Assembly (NCBI GenBank): GCA_963631395.1
Contig: CAVGQN010000004.1
Coordinates: 3,770-67,769 of the forward strand
DNA from: a bacterium
Lineage (GTDB): Bacteria > Bacteroidota > Bacteroidia > Bacteroidales > UBA3663
DNA length: 64,000 nt
Direction: 5' to 3'
The first letter of the stretch is position 1. The number at the start of each line of letters is the position of its first letter. The notes under the pieces were generated by a model. That model was not told the origin of the DNA. It was given only the letters and a program-made list of their open reading frames with translations, and ran no database searches. Positions 22,462-31,101 of the stretch are shown here, piece after piece. The position numbers and the translations under genes are program-made.

Positions 22462-24963
22462 TTACCAGTCTAGCAGGATGTGCTCTATCAGGCTGGCGCT
22501 TGCTCCGGCCGAACCGGTGTGCTGCATGCAGAACCCGGCGTTGCGGTTTTTGCTGACCTTGGCCTGCAGGAAGACCTCCGTCTGGAGCTCGGGCGAATCG
22601 GGCTGCGACAGCTGGGCGTTGGTCGTGGCCGTGGCGGTCAGCGTCGTGCCTTTGAGGCTGAGTGTGACCGTGCAGGTCGTCCGGTAGCAGACGGCGGGTT
22701 GCGGGTCGGAGATGGCCTTGACGATTCCGTTCTGGTATTCCATCAGCTGGAAGACACAGGCGTGGTCGTAGTCAGGTGTGCGCTGGATGCGCAGGGCATA
22801 GCCCGACAGCGTCTTGGCATCGAACTTGATGCAGATGTCGAGATATTGGCCTGTGGCACTGCCGAAACCCTGACCGGCCGTCTTGGCAGGGGCAATCTTA
22901 ACTTCGGCCTTCATGTCGCCGGCTTCGTCGCGGGCCGGGGTATAGAAGCAGCGTGCGCCTTTCGAGGCCTGGACCAGACCTTTCTTCTTGGCACTTCCGT
23001 CCACGCCGTAGCCATAATACCAGGCGTGCTTGGGTTCGGGGGCCCAGTAGTAAGCCTCCGTGTCGATGGGCTTGTGGGCGTCGAAGGTCCACGTGCCCGG
23101 AGCGATGATGGGCTGGTAGCCGACCGGGATGTCGTGGAAGTCGGTGGAGTGCCGTTTCTCGTCGAAAAGAATGTTGGGCACTTGGCGGGCCGTTATCTTC
23201 TCGACATACTTGACCAGCACAGGTGTACCCGGCTTGGTGTTGGCCAGCGACGGGGTTATCAGGGCAGCTATGCGGCAGTCTTTGTCAGCTTTGCTCACCG
23301 TATAGAGTCCTTCGGTCTGCCCGAAGCCATGGCGTATGGCGACGGTATCCGAGAGGTCGTCTTTCGTGTACCGGTACCACGTGACACGGGTCTTGTCCTG
23401 GCTGCCTGTGGCGTCGAGGGCATATTGCAACTTGATCCCGTTCTTGTCGGCAACAAGCGAGGGCGCGGACGAGAAGGCGGGAGCAGGGTTCAGAAGCGGC
23501 TCGACGTAGAGCCGTGTGCAGGCCGTGATGCCCGAAGGCAACGACGCTTCGACGCAGACTTCACTGCCCGTAGGCATGTGGTTCTGCGACGTGACGGTGG
23601 CTGCGAGCTGGCGGATGTTGGAGAGTTTGAGCGTGGAGGCGCTCTTCCAGGCTACGCTGCCGTAGACCATCTCCCGCACGCCGTCGGTTGTTGCTTCGTA
23701 GCCGCCCCAGCGCATCAGTGTGCCTTGCAGCTGTCGTGTGTCGCCTTCCGGAGCCAACTCGGTAGCTCTTTTTGCCATGCCTTCGGTATTTCCACCATTG
23801 GCGGTTTCTTTTCCACCATTGGCGTTTGCATGGCCGCTTCCGTTGGCTGCATTGCTTTCGTCAGAAACGTCTATCTTCATATAGATAGGCAGACCGGTTT
23901 TGGCTTCGGCGGTTTGCAGGTCTAGACCAAGCGGATTCCAGCCGTCGTTGCCGGCCAGCAGGTTGGGGATGGTGAAGGCGTCGTAGAGTTTCTTGCCCGT
24001 GATGTCAGTCGCCCCTTTGAGCGTAAGCGGATTGCCGTTGAGCGTGATTTGGCTATAGTAGCACGAGGCATCGTTCTGGCCATAGCTCGGCAGCACTTCG
24101 ATGGGCAGTCCGTCGGTCTGACGGATGGCCGTACGCAGCAGGGTGAGTCCGCCGTGCGATTTCATGAAATACTGCGTCCCCGTCACGTGCGTGTCGATTT
24201 CGCTGTCCATGATGACGGCGCCGTAGGCCGGTGTGCCCCAGAACGGCTTGCTCGAGTAGAATTCGAAATGGCACTGACTGTAGACGGCCGAACCCTCGAG
24301 AGCATCGTCCGTACACTCCAGGTGACACTTGGTGAAGAGGGCACGGCGGGCACCGCTGAACGGGCAGAGGTTGAGGCGGCTCACAAAGCGGCAGTTGTCG
24401 GCCCAAACCCTGTCGGCACGCGTGTGTATGAGCTGGGCCTGTACGATGGCCTTGCTGCGCTTGCTGTGGTTGAGCAGCGGATTGCGGGGGTAGATGAGGT
24501 CGACGGAACAGTAGTTGCCGAAAGTGATGTTGTGGGCTTCGATGCTCTCGGCGTCAATGCGCAGCATCGTGAAGTTGCCGATGGCGCCTTGCGTCTGTCC
24601 GCGGTTGCAGGCCAGGACGACGTCTTCGGGCTGGTCGGACAGTCCCACCAGCTTCAGGTTCGGATAGGCAATCTCGTAGCCGTAGGGTGTCGACACCTTG
24701 TCGCCTTCGTTGCGTATGGCGGGGTCGTTCGGATTGTCCACCCAGTAGACGCCCGGCGCGATGTACAGCACCAATGTGTCTCGGCGCGGCGTCTTGTTGA
24801 TGGCGGCAAAGGCGTCCCGGACCGAAGTGAAGATGTAGGGCGACGCGTTGGCTTCTTGCTGGCTCAAGTTTTGGTCCAGCAAGAGGTGATATTGGTCAGT
24901 TGTGACTCCCGACAGCGGCTGTATCAGCATGCCGAGAGCCATAAACACGGCAGTAAGTTTCAT
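22462..24963 (-). CDS. secreted right-handed beta-helix (pectin-lyase-fold, pectinesterase-like) protein
   Basis: Signal peptide MKLTAVFMALGMLIQPLSG. The segment AQLIHTRADRVWADNCRFVSRLNLCP...FTKCHLECTDDALEGSAVYSQCHFEFYS recalls the CE8/pectin-lyase-fold repeat pattern. The exact activity is not determinable. Confidence 0.65.
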   Translation of the reverse strand: MKLTAVFMALGMLIQPLSGVTTDQYHLLLDQNLSQQEANASPYIFTSVRDAFAAINKTPRRDTLVLYIAPGVYWVDNPNDPAIRNEGDKVSTPYGYEIAYPNLKLVGLSDQPEDVVLACNRGQTQGAIGNFTMLRIDAESIEAHNITFGNYCSVDLIYPRNPLLNHSKRSKAIVQAQLIHTRADRVWADNCRFVSRLNLCPFSGARRALFTKCHLECTDDALEGSAVYSQCHFEFYSSKPFWGTPAYGAVIMDSEIDTHVTGTQYFMKSHGGLTLLRTAIRQTDGLPIEVLPSYGQNDASCYYSQITLNGNPLTLKGATDITGKKLYDAFTIPNLLAGNDGWNPLGLDLQTAEAKTGLPIYMKIDVSDESNAANGSGHANANGGKETANGGNTEGMAKRATELAPEGDTRQLQGTLMRWGGYEATTDGVREMVYGSVAWKSASTLKLSNIRQLAATVTSQNHMPTGSEVCVEASLPSGITACTRLYVEPLLNPAPAFSSAPSLVADKNGIKLQYALDATGSQDKTRVTWYRYTKDDLSDTVAIRHGFGQTEGLYTVSKADKDCRIAALITPSLANTKPGTPVLVKYVEKITARQVPNILFDEKRHSTDFHDIPVGYQPIIAPGTWTFDAHKPIDTEAYYWAPEPKHAWYYGYGVDGSAKKKGLVQASKGARCFYTPARDEAGDMKAEVKIAPAKTAGQGFGSATGQYLDICIKFDAKTLSGYALRIQRTPDYDHACVFQLMEYQNGIVKAISDPQPAVCYRTTCTVTLSLKGTTLTATATTNAQLSQPDSPELQTEVFLQAKVSKNRNAGFCMQHTGSAGASASLIEHILLDW

Positions 24964-24985
24964 GATGAATCTTTTGTGTGGTAGG

Positions 24986-25169
24986 GGGATTTGCCCCATG
25001 CGGTGGAAAAATTATTCCCTTGTGTCGGGATTTTTTCCTCAAGCAGTTGGAATTTTTCCTCGTGTAGTTGGGATTTTTCCTCATGCAGTTGGGTGTTTTC
25101 CTCATGCAGTTTTGGGAAAACCCAGCGCGGTTTGGAATATTTGCCCCGTGTGGTTGGAAAAATTGTCCC
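24986..25169. repeat. 21-bp x4 tandem array flanked by direct repeats of about 31 nt
   Basis: The units are TCGGGATTTTTTCCTCAAGCAG, TTGGAATTTTTCCTCGTGTAG, TTGGGATTTTTCCTCATGCAG and TTGGGTGTTTTCCTCATGCAG (25025-25109). The flanks are ATTTGCCCCATGCGGTGGAAAAATTATTCCC and ATTTGCCCCGTGTGGTTGGAAAAATTGTCCC. Confidence 0.9.
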
Positions 25170-25188
25170 GCCTGTACCGGGAAGAGGC

Positions 25189-25581
25189 TTATGCCTGTTC
25201 TTCGCCTGTGGTATGAGATTCTTCCTGACTTGGGGCGCTGGCCTGAGCCGGGCTCTTCAGCAGTTCGAATTGGTCGACGAAAATCTCGGTCACATAGTGG
25301 CGGGTGTTGTTGGCATCCGTCCATTGGCGGGTGCGTAGTTTGCCCTCCAGATAGACTAGCGAGCCTTTGCGTACCTGGCGCTCTATTCTTTCGGCGATGC
25401 CTTGCCAGGCCACGATGTTATGCCATTCGGTTTTCTCTGGAACTTCTTCGCCCGTGCGCTTGCGGTAGGCACGCTCGGGGGTAGCTAAAGGGAATGAAGC
25501 GCAGACGGTGTTGTCGTCGGTGCGGCGTATTTCCGGGTCTCTTCCGACATTGCCCAGCAGAATTACTTTGTTAACAGCCAT
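25189..25581 (-). CDS. ssb: single-stranded DNA-binding protein
   Basis: MAVNKVILLGNVGRDPEIRRT...TEWHNIVAWQGIAERI...GSLVYLEGKLRTRQW is a canonical OB-fold SSB. Confidence 0.95.
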   Translation of the reverse strand: MAVNKVILLGNVGRDPEIRRTDDNTVCASFPLATPERAYRKRTGEEVPEKTEWHNIVAWQGIAERIERQVRKGSLVYLEGKLRTRQWTDANNTRHYVTEIFVDQFELLKSPAQASAPSQEESHTTGEEQA

Positions 25582-25683
25582 AGTACAGATCTCCTGAATT
25601 TATTGTTTTTTGTGGTTAGTGCCCCGTTGCCGGGGACGGTTTTGGTTAATGCCCCCGTTGTCGGGGACGATTGATTTGCGCTC

Positions 25684-25691
25684 CAAAGGTA
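25684..25691 (-). promoter_or_regulatory. -7 promoter box for ssb
   Basis: Minus-strand TACCTTTG, about 102 nt upstream of start 25581. Confidence 0.4.
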
Positions 25692-25724
25692 GTGAGAAAA
25701 ATCCGATTCTGCAAAGACTTGGGG

Positions 25725-26861
25725 TCATTTATCTTCAAAAAATGCCGAAAAACGCGCATTTGCTTCAAATATCGGTTTCGGAACGGCCTTTTTCTGCCAT
25801 TCTTCCCACGTGATGCACTCGTAGTCGGAGGGCAGACGGTCCGGCTCTTGGTCGAGCTGGACGATGTGGAAGTCGCACGTCAGCAGCTGGTGTGTCAACT
25901 GGTGCCGCAGGGTGAAGGCCGGAGGCTGAATAACACTCGAGTTTTGGCTACCAGCCGAAGTCTGAAGACTGTTCGAGGGTTGAAGACTGCTTGAGGTCTG
26001 ACAATTTTCCGAGCCTTTCCATGTGCTTGAGGAAGTCTTGCAAGTGTTTGAGAAAAGCGGAGTGTTCGATTCTCCGTCTTCCTCCACATAGTATTCCCAC
26101 AGTCCCTGCCAGATGTCGCCCTTGCCCCGTCTGTGCACCCACAGACAATCCTTATATTTTAAAAGGTAGTACCGCAGGTGACGTTCCCGGATTTTCGTTT
26201 TTCCGGCTTTGATGGGCCGGCTCTCCACATGGCCGTTGGCCAGGGCCAGGCATCTGTCTGCAAGGGGGCAGTCTGCGCACGAGGGCGACTGTGGCGTGCA
26301 GAACAATGCGCCGAATTCCATGACGGCCTGGTTGTGCTTCGCCGGATGAGCGGGGTCGAGCAGTTGGTTGGCCAAATCCTGAAAAGCCCTTTGTCCGGCA
26401 GGCGTGTCGATGGGCGTGTCGAGGTCGAAGAGACGAGCCAGAACCCGGTACACATTGCCGTCCACAACGGCCATCCTTTCCCCGCCCGCGAAACTCGAGA
26501 CGGCAGCGGCCGTATAGGGGCCGACACCCTTGAGCCGGAGCAGCGAGCCGTAGTCGGAAGGGAACTGTCCTCCGTATTCGTCCATGACCTGTAGGGCGGC
26601 GGCGTGCAGGTTGCGGGCGCGGCTGTAGTAACCGAGCCCTTGCCAGAGCTTGAGAACCTCGTCTTCCGAAGCCGCGGCCAGATCGGCGACGGTCGGGAAG
26701 CGCTTGGCAAAGCGCAGATAGTAGTCCATGCCCTGGGCCACGCGGGTCTGCTGTAGTATGACTTCTGACAGCCAAATCTGGTACGGGTCGCTGGTTTCCC
26801 GCCAAGGCAGGGTGCGCTTGTTCCGGTCGTACCAAATCTGCAAAATAGCGCTAATTTCCAT
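25725..26861 (-). CDS. mutY: A/G-specific adenine DNA glycosylase MutY
   Basis: WYDRNKRTLPWRETSDPYQIWLSEVILQQTRV, the HhH-GPD region LKGVGPYTAAAV and the 4Fe-4S cluster loop C..C..C....C (CTPQSPSCADCPLADRC). The C-terminal Nudix-like domain carries a Ser/Thr/Gln-rich insertion. Confidence 0.9.
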   Translation of the reverse strand: MEISAILQIWYDRNKRTLPWRETSDPYQIWLSEVILQQTRVAQGMDYYLRFAKRFPTVADLAAASEDEVLKLWQGLGYYSRARNLHAAALQVMDEYGGQFPSDYGSLLRLKGVGPYTAAAVSSFAGGERMAVVDGNVYRVLARLFDLDTPIDTPAGQRAFQDLANQLLDPAHPAKHNQAVMEFGALFCTPQSPSCADCPLADRCLALANGHVESRPIKAGKTKIRERHLRYYLLKYKDCLWVHRRGKGDIWQGLWEYYVEEDGESNTPLFSNTCKTSSSTWKGSENCQTSSSLQPSNSLQTSAGSQNSSVIQPPAFTLRHQLTHQLLTCDFHIVQLDQEPDRLPSDYECITWEEWQKKAVPKPIFEANARFSAFFEDK

Positions 26862-26904
26862 TCATTTATTGCGTTTCAGTTGGCAAATCTACTCGTTTTG
26901 GCTG

Positions 26905-26912
26905 CAAAGTTA
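26905..26912 (-). promoter_or_regulatory. -7 promoter box for mutY
   Basis: Minus-strand TAACTTTG, 43 nt upstream of start 26861. Confidence 0.45.
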
Positions 26913-26966
26913 AGGTTTTTTCAGAAAAAACACCAACAAATAGTTGTGCTTTTGGAATAAAGTACA

Positions 26967-26974
26967 TACCTTTG
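26967..26974 (+). promoter_or_regulatory. -7 promoter box for the HU gene
   Basis: TACCTTTG, 55 nt upstream of ATG 27030. Confidence 0.5.
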
Positions 26975-27029
26975 CAAGCCAATTTCACTGAAATTACATA
27001 AAATAACAACATAGAAAGAAACGAATATT

Positions 27030-27329
27030 ATGACAAAGGCAGAAATTGTTACCCAGATCTCCAAGAGAACTGGTTTGGACAAAGATACTGTGCTGGCTGT
27101 GGTCGAACAGATGATGGCGTCTATCAAAGACTCACTCGTAGATGGTGACCCTGTATTTCTGCGCGGTTTCGGCAGTTTTATCATCAAAAAACGCGCTACC
27201 AAGACTGCACGCAATATAAAAGCGGAACGTTCCATCGTTGTTCCGGCCCACAACATTCCGGCTTTCAAGCCCTGCAAGAGCTTCGTGGCTCGCGTGAGCG
27301 GAGATGTCGATGTTGAGGACGAGGAATAA
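27030..27329 (+). CDS. HU/IHF-family DNA-binding protein
   Basis: MTKAEIVTQISKRTGLDKDTVLAVVEQMMASIKDSL...FLRGFGSFIIKKRATKTARNI...VPAHNIPAFKP. Confidence 0.9.
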   Translation: MTKAEIVTQISKRTGLDKDTVLAVVEQMMASIKDSLVDGDPVFLRGFGSFIIKKRATKTARNIKAERSIVVPAHNIPAFKPCKSFVARVSGDVDVEDEE

Positions 27330-27376
27330 TCTGCTTGTCAATTTCGGATATAGTTTAATTCTAAAAAAATAAGGAA

Positions 27377-27463
27377 ATGCCAAACGGTAAGAAGCACAAG
27401 CGTCATAAGATGGCAGTTCACAAGCGTAAAAAGCGTTTACGCAAGAACCGTCATAAGCATTGA
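27377..27463 (+). CDS. 28-aa highly basic peptide, putative ribosomal protein bS22 (AURKAIP1/COX24-like)
   Basis: Not in the ORF track. MPNGKKHKRHKMAVHKRKKRLRKNRHKH has the KK.KR.KM..HK.KK.LRK pattern of bS22/mS38-type peptides. It lies 47 nt after the HU gene and is followed by a strong terminator hairpin at 27522-27548. Confidence 0.55.
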   Translation: MPNGKKHKRHKMAVHKRKKRLRKNRHKH

Positions 27464-27521
27464 CCAAGAGCATAACGCTCTAGTAAGAGGCGTTGAATAA
27501 CAGTAGCGCCGACCAAGTATA

Positions 27522-27548
27522 GGGGTGCATCAAGTATGCACCCCTTTT
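27522..27548 (+). terminator. intrinsic terminator after HU / bS22-like ORF
   Basis: GGGGTGCAT-caagt-ATGCACCCC followed by TTTT. Confidence 0.7.
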
Positions 27549-27571
27549 CGATTGAAATCACAACATAACGC

Positions 27572-29149
27572 ATGACACGAGAAGTCATCATAGATGTACA
27601 GCCGAAAGAGATTACGATAGGACTGATGGAAGACGGCCGATTGGCCGAATACCAGCGGGACTGTCAGGACGCATCCTTTTCGGTCGGCAATATCTATTTG
27701 GCCCGGGTGAAGAAACTGATGCCGGGGCTTAATGCCGCTTTCGTCGATGTGGGTGGCGACAAAGAGGGTTTCCTGCACTACCATGACCTCGGTCTGCACT
27801 TCGCGACGATGGCCAAATTCGCCAAGCAACAACTGTCCGACCGCAGGCATATGCTCGCGCTCCAGGACATGGACGTCGAGTCTGACTTGCCTAAGGAAGG
27901 AACTATTGCCAACATCCTCCAGGCAGGCCAGGACATACTGGTGCAGGTTTCGAAGGAACCCATTTCGACCAAAGGCGCACGGCTCACGGGCGAAATAAGC
28001 CTGCCGGGACGATTCATGGTGCTGATGCCGCTGCAAGACAAGGTCTCTGTCTCGGCCAAGATAAAGTCGGCGGAGGAAAAGAACCGTCTCAAGCAGATTG
28101 TCAACGAGGTGCGTCCGCGCAATTTCGGCGTCATCATCCGCACGTCGGCCAAAGACGCCCAGGCCGAAGAACTGCAGGCCGAGTTGGCAGCGCTGATGCG
28201 CAAATGGGAGGGACTGGTGCGCAAACTGATGAAAGGCCAGGTGCCTTCGCTCGTCTACGAAGAGATTAGCCGTCCCGTGGCTTTGCTCCGTGACCTTTTC
28301 GACCCTTCGTTCGAGAATATCTGGGTCAACGACACGGCCACCTACGAGCAGATTAAGGACTATGTCAGTCTGATTGCGCCTGAGAAGGCCAATGTCGTGA
28401 AGCTCTATAAGGAAGAGACGCCTATACTCGACAAGTTTGACGTCACGCGGCAGATCAAGTCGTCGCTGGGCAAGACGGTGTCGTGCAAGGCCGGCGCCTA
28501 CATCATCATCGAGCATACCGAGGCCCTGCACGTCATCGACGTCAACAGCGGCCACCGCAGCCATCAGGCCGATGCGCAGGAGGAAAACGCCCTGGCCGTC
28601 GACATGGCTGCAGCCGAGGAAATAGCCCGCCAGATGCGGCTTCGCGATATGGGCGGCATCGTGGTCATCGACTTTATCGACCTGCAGGACCCGACCCACC
28701 GCGAGACGCTCTACAAGCACATGAAGGAACTGATGCAAGGCGACCGCGCCAAGCACAACATCCTGCCGCTGAGCAAATTCTGCCTGATGCAGATTACACG
28801 CCAGCGTGTCCGCCCCGTCATGGACATTCAGACCGCCGAGTCGTGTCCCGTGTGCGGTGGCCTGCACGTCATCAAGCCTTCGATACTGTATCCCGAGATT
28901 ATGGCCTCCAAACTAGAATGGATGAATACCCAGTTCAAGTTGAGGCGCTTCTATCTGCATGTCCACCCCTTCGTGGCTGCCTATCTGCGCAGCGGCGGTT
29001 TCCGTTCGTGGTGGTGGCGTTGGAAACTCAAGTATGGTTTCCGCTTCCATCTCGTCACTGACCAGAGCATGGAGGTTCTGCAGTACAAGGTGATGGACGG
29101 CGACGGCAACGAAGTGAACTTGAAGCAACCCATCGACAATCACGTCTGA
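27572..29149 (+). CDS. rng: ribonuclease E/G family protein
   Basis: N-terminal S1 domain (VGNIYLARVKKLMPGLNAAFVDVG) and the catalytic region ...ALHVIDVNSG...VVIDFIDL. The 525-aa length fits RNase G-type proteins. Confidence 0.9.
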   Translation: MTREVIIDVQPKEITIGLMEDGRLAEYQRDCQDASFSVGNIYLARVKKLMPGLNAAFVDVGGDKEGFLHYHDLGLHFATMAKFAKQQLSDRRHMLALQDMDVESDLPKEGTIANILQAGQDILVQVSKEPISTKGARLTGEISLPGRFMVLMPLQDKVSVSAKIKSAEEKNRLKQIVNEVRPRNFGVIIRTSAKDAQAEELQAELAALMRKWEGLVRKLMKGQVPSLVYEEISRPVALLRDLFDPSFENIWVNDTATYEQIKDYVSLIAPEKANVVKLYKEETPILDKFDVTRQIKSSLGKTVSCKAGAYIIIEHTEALHVIDVNSGHRSHQADAQEENALAVDMAAAEEIARQMRLRDMGGIVVIDFIDLQDPTHRETLYKHMKELMQGDRAKHNILPLSKFCLMQITRQRVRPVMDIQTAESCPVCGGLHVIKPSILYPEIMASKLEWMNTQFKLRRFYLHVHPFVAAYLRSGGFRSWWWRWKLKYGFRFHLVTDQSMEVLQYKVMDGDGNEVNLKQPIDNHV

Positions 29150-29252
29150 GGGGATAAAGGATAATCACGGGAAAGGTTGCTTCTAAGGAGAAAAAAGCAA
29201 AAATGTTTAAGCGGAATTAAGGTATTTATATTAAGGAAAGAACAAGGAAATC

Positions 29253-30827
29253 ATGTCCAGGATAGAACTTCACAACGCCTTGGGACGCATGCCTCAGAAC
29301 AGGATGGCTGCTCCCGTCGACTTCGCACTCGGTGAGGGCGAACATATCGCTATCGTTGGTCCTAACGGCAGCGGAAAGAGTAGCCTGGTGGATATGCTCG
29401 TCGGCAAGAATCTGCTGATGCAGGGAAGCATTGACTATGATTTCGGCCCGGGTACCAAGCCTACGGTGTACGGCCACATCGTGCAGTTGACTTTCGAGGA
29501 TGCACTCGGGTCGGTCGAGAAGCCGTATTACTTTCAGCAGCGCTTCAACTCGCAGGACCGCGAAGAGTCGCCCCTAGTCAGTACCGTACTGAAGCGGGCG
29601 CTCGCTTCGGGCAACGTCTCTGCTACGGGACTTTCGGCCGACGACGCCCGGGCTGCCGGTCACGGACTGACCCATGACGAGGCAGTGGCTGCCGGCGCCG
29701 AAGACGACTCTGAGTTTTTGGCCAATCCGTTGCTCGACACCTTTATGATGCGGCCGCTGCTGCAGAAGCGCATGGTGCTCCTCTCTAGTGGCGAGATGCG
29801 CCGCTACCAGTTGTTCAAGTACCTCATCAAAAAGCCTAAGGTGCTCATCGTTGATAATCCGTTTATTGGCCTTGATGCACCGATGAGAGACCAGCTCGAT
29901 GCCTTCTTCCGGCAACTGGTCGAGAGCGGCGAGGTGCAGATTATCATGGTGCTCTCCATGCTCGACAGTATTCCTTCGTACATGACCCATGTGGTCTGCG
30001 TGGCCGATATGCAGGTCGAGCCCAAGCAGACGCGCCAGTCTTATCTGGAGCATTTGCCCGACTTCAGACGTTCGCCTTTGGCTCACTTGTCGGATGAGCT
30101 TGTACGCCAAATCGAGGACTTGCCCGTGCATGGCGTGGCCGACTTGACCGCCGACGGCGTGCCGACCGACGAGATTATCTCCATACGTGACTTGTCGTTG
30201 CCTTTGCCCGACACGGACCGCGTGCTCTACGGCGGCCTCAACTGGACCGTCCGCAGGGGCGAGAAGTGGGCGCTGCAAGGCAGGAACGGTTCCGGCAAGA
30301 GCACCTTGCTTAGCTTGGTTTGCGCTGACCATCCGGCCGCCTATGCCTGCGACATTTCGCTTTTCGGCCGTCGGCGCGGTACGGGCGAGAGCATTTGGGA
30401 AATCAAGAAGCACATCGGCTTTGTGAGCCCGGAGTTCCATCGCGCCTACAAGGAGAACCGTCCGGCCATCGACATCGTCGCTTCCGGCTTGCACGATTCC
30501 GTTGGTCTGTACAAGAAACCCAAGGCCGACCAAATTGACACTTGCGTCTTCTGGATGAAGGTGCTCGGCATCGAGGCACTACGCGACCGTCTGTTCTTGA
30601 CCCTTTCGGCGGGCGAGCAGCGTCTCTGCCTCTTGGCGCGTGCCTTTGTCAAAGACCCGGCTTTGCTCATTCTCGACGAACCCCTGCACGGTCTTGACAC
30701 CTATCGCCGCCAGCTGGTCCGCGAAGTAATCGCCGCCTTCTGCCGGCGTGCCGACAAGACACTGGTCATGGTGACCCACTACGCGGAGGAACTGCCTGAC
30801 ATGATAGACCACAGGCTGACTCTGTAA
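29253..30827 (+). CDS. ABC-transporter ATP-binding protein with two ABC domains (ModF-like)
   Basis: Two Walker A motifs (GPNGSGKSSL, GRNGSGKSTL) and two signature motifs (LSSGEMRR, LSAGEQR). No membrane domain. Confidence 0.85.
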   Translation: MSRIELHNALGRMPQNRMAAPVDFALGEGEHIAIVGPNGSGKSSLVDMLVGKNLLMQGSIDYDFGPGTKPTVYGHIVQLTFEDALGSVEKPYYFQQRFNSQDREESPLVSTVLKRALASGNVSATGLSADDARAAGHGLTHDEAVAAGAEDDSEFLANPLLDTFMMRPLLQKRMVLLSSGEMRRYQLFKYLIKKPKVLIVDNPFIGLDAPMRDQLDAFFRQLVESGEVQIIMVLSMLDSIPSYMTHVVCVADMQVEPKQTRQSYLEHLPDFRRSPLAHLSDELVRQIEDLPVHGVADLTADGVPTDEIISIRDLSLPLPDTDRVLYGGLNWTVRRGEKWALQGRNGSGKSTLLSLVCADHPAAYACDISLFGRRRGTGESIWEIKKHIGFVSPEFHRAYKENRPAIDIVASGLHDSVGLYKKPKADQIDTCVFWMKVLGIEALRDRLFLTLSAGEQRLCLLARAFVKDPALLILDEPLHGLDTYRRQLVREVIAAFCRRADKTLVMVTHYAEELPDMIDHRLTL

Positions 30828-30993
30828 GGGACGCGACCTGCTGCTTTTGCAGTGTCTTACGAAGCTGACCAGTGGGGGCTTTTGATGGCTGCCATATGCC
30901 GGAAAAGTCAGGTTTTGCTGGGTGGCATTTTGGAGTTTATAATTGGCAAATAGTGACTCGAATAGTACTTCTTTATGCCAAAAGTATCAAAAA

Positions 30994-31027
30994 GAACAGG
31001 AAAATCGTTTTTTTTCCTGTTTTTTTG
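30994..31027 (+). terminator. intrinsic terminator downstream of the ABC ATPase gene
   Basis: AACAGGAAAA-tcg-TTTTTTTTCCTGTT followed by a T-run. Confidence 0.6.
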
Positions 31028-31049
31028 TATCCGATTCGTAAAATATCAT

Positions 31050-31057
31050 TATATTTG
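31050..31057 (+). promoter_or_regulatory. -7 promoter box for the ilv operon
   Basis: TATATTTG, 44 nt upstream of ATG 31102 and just after terminator 30994-31027. Confidence 0.5.
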
Positions 31058-31101
31058 CAGCCCAACATCTTGGTAATGTTTATTAAGGACAATAGAAATA
31101 T

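Noticed and set aside
24986-25169. CRISPR array, considered for this and the other tandem arrays (6292, 32947, 38029, 60083)
   Set aside because: The units are contiguous with no unique spacers, the unit length (12-23 bp) is too short, and there are no cas genes.
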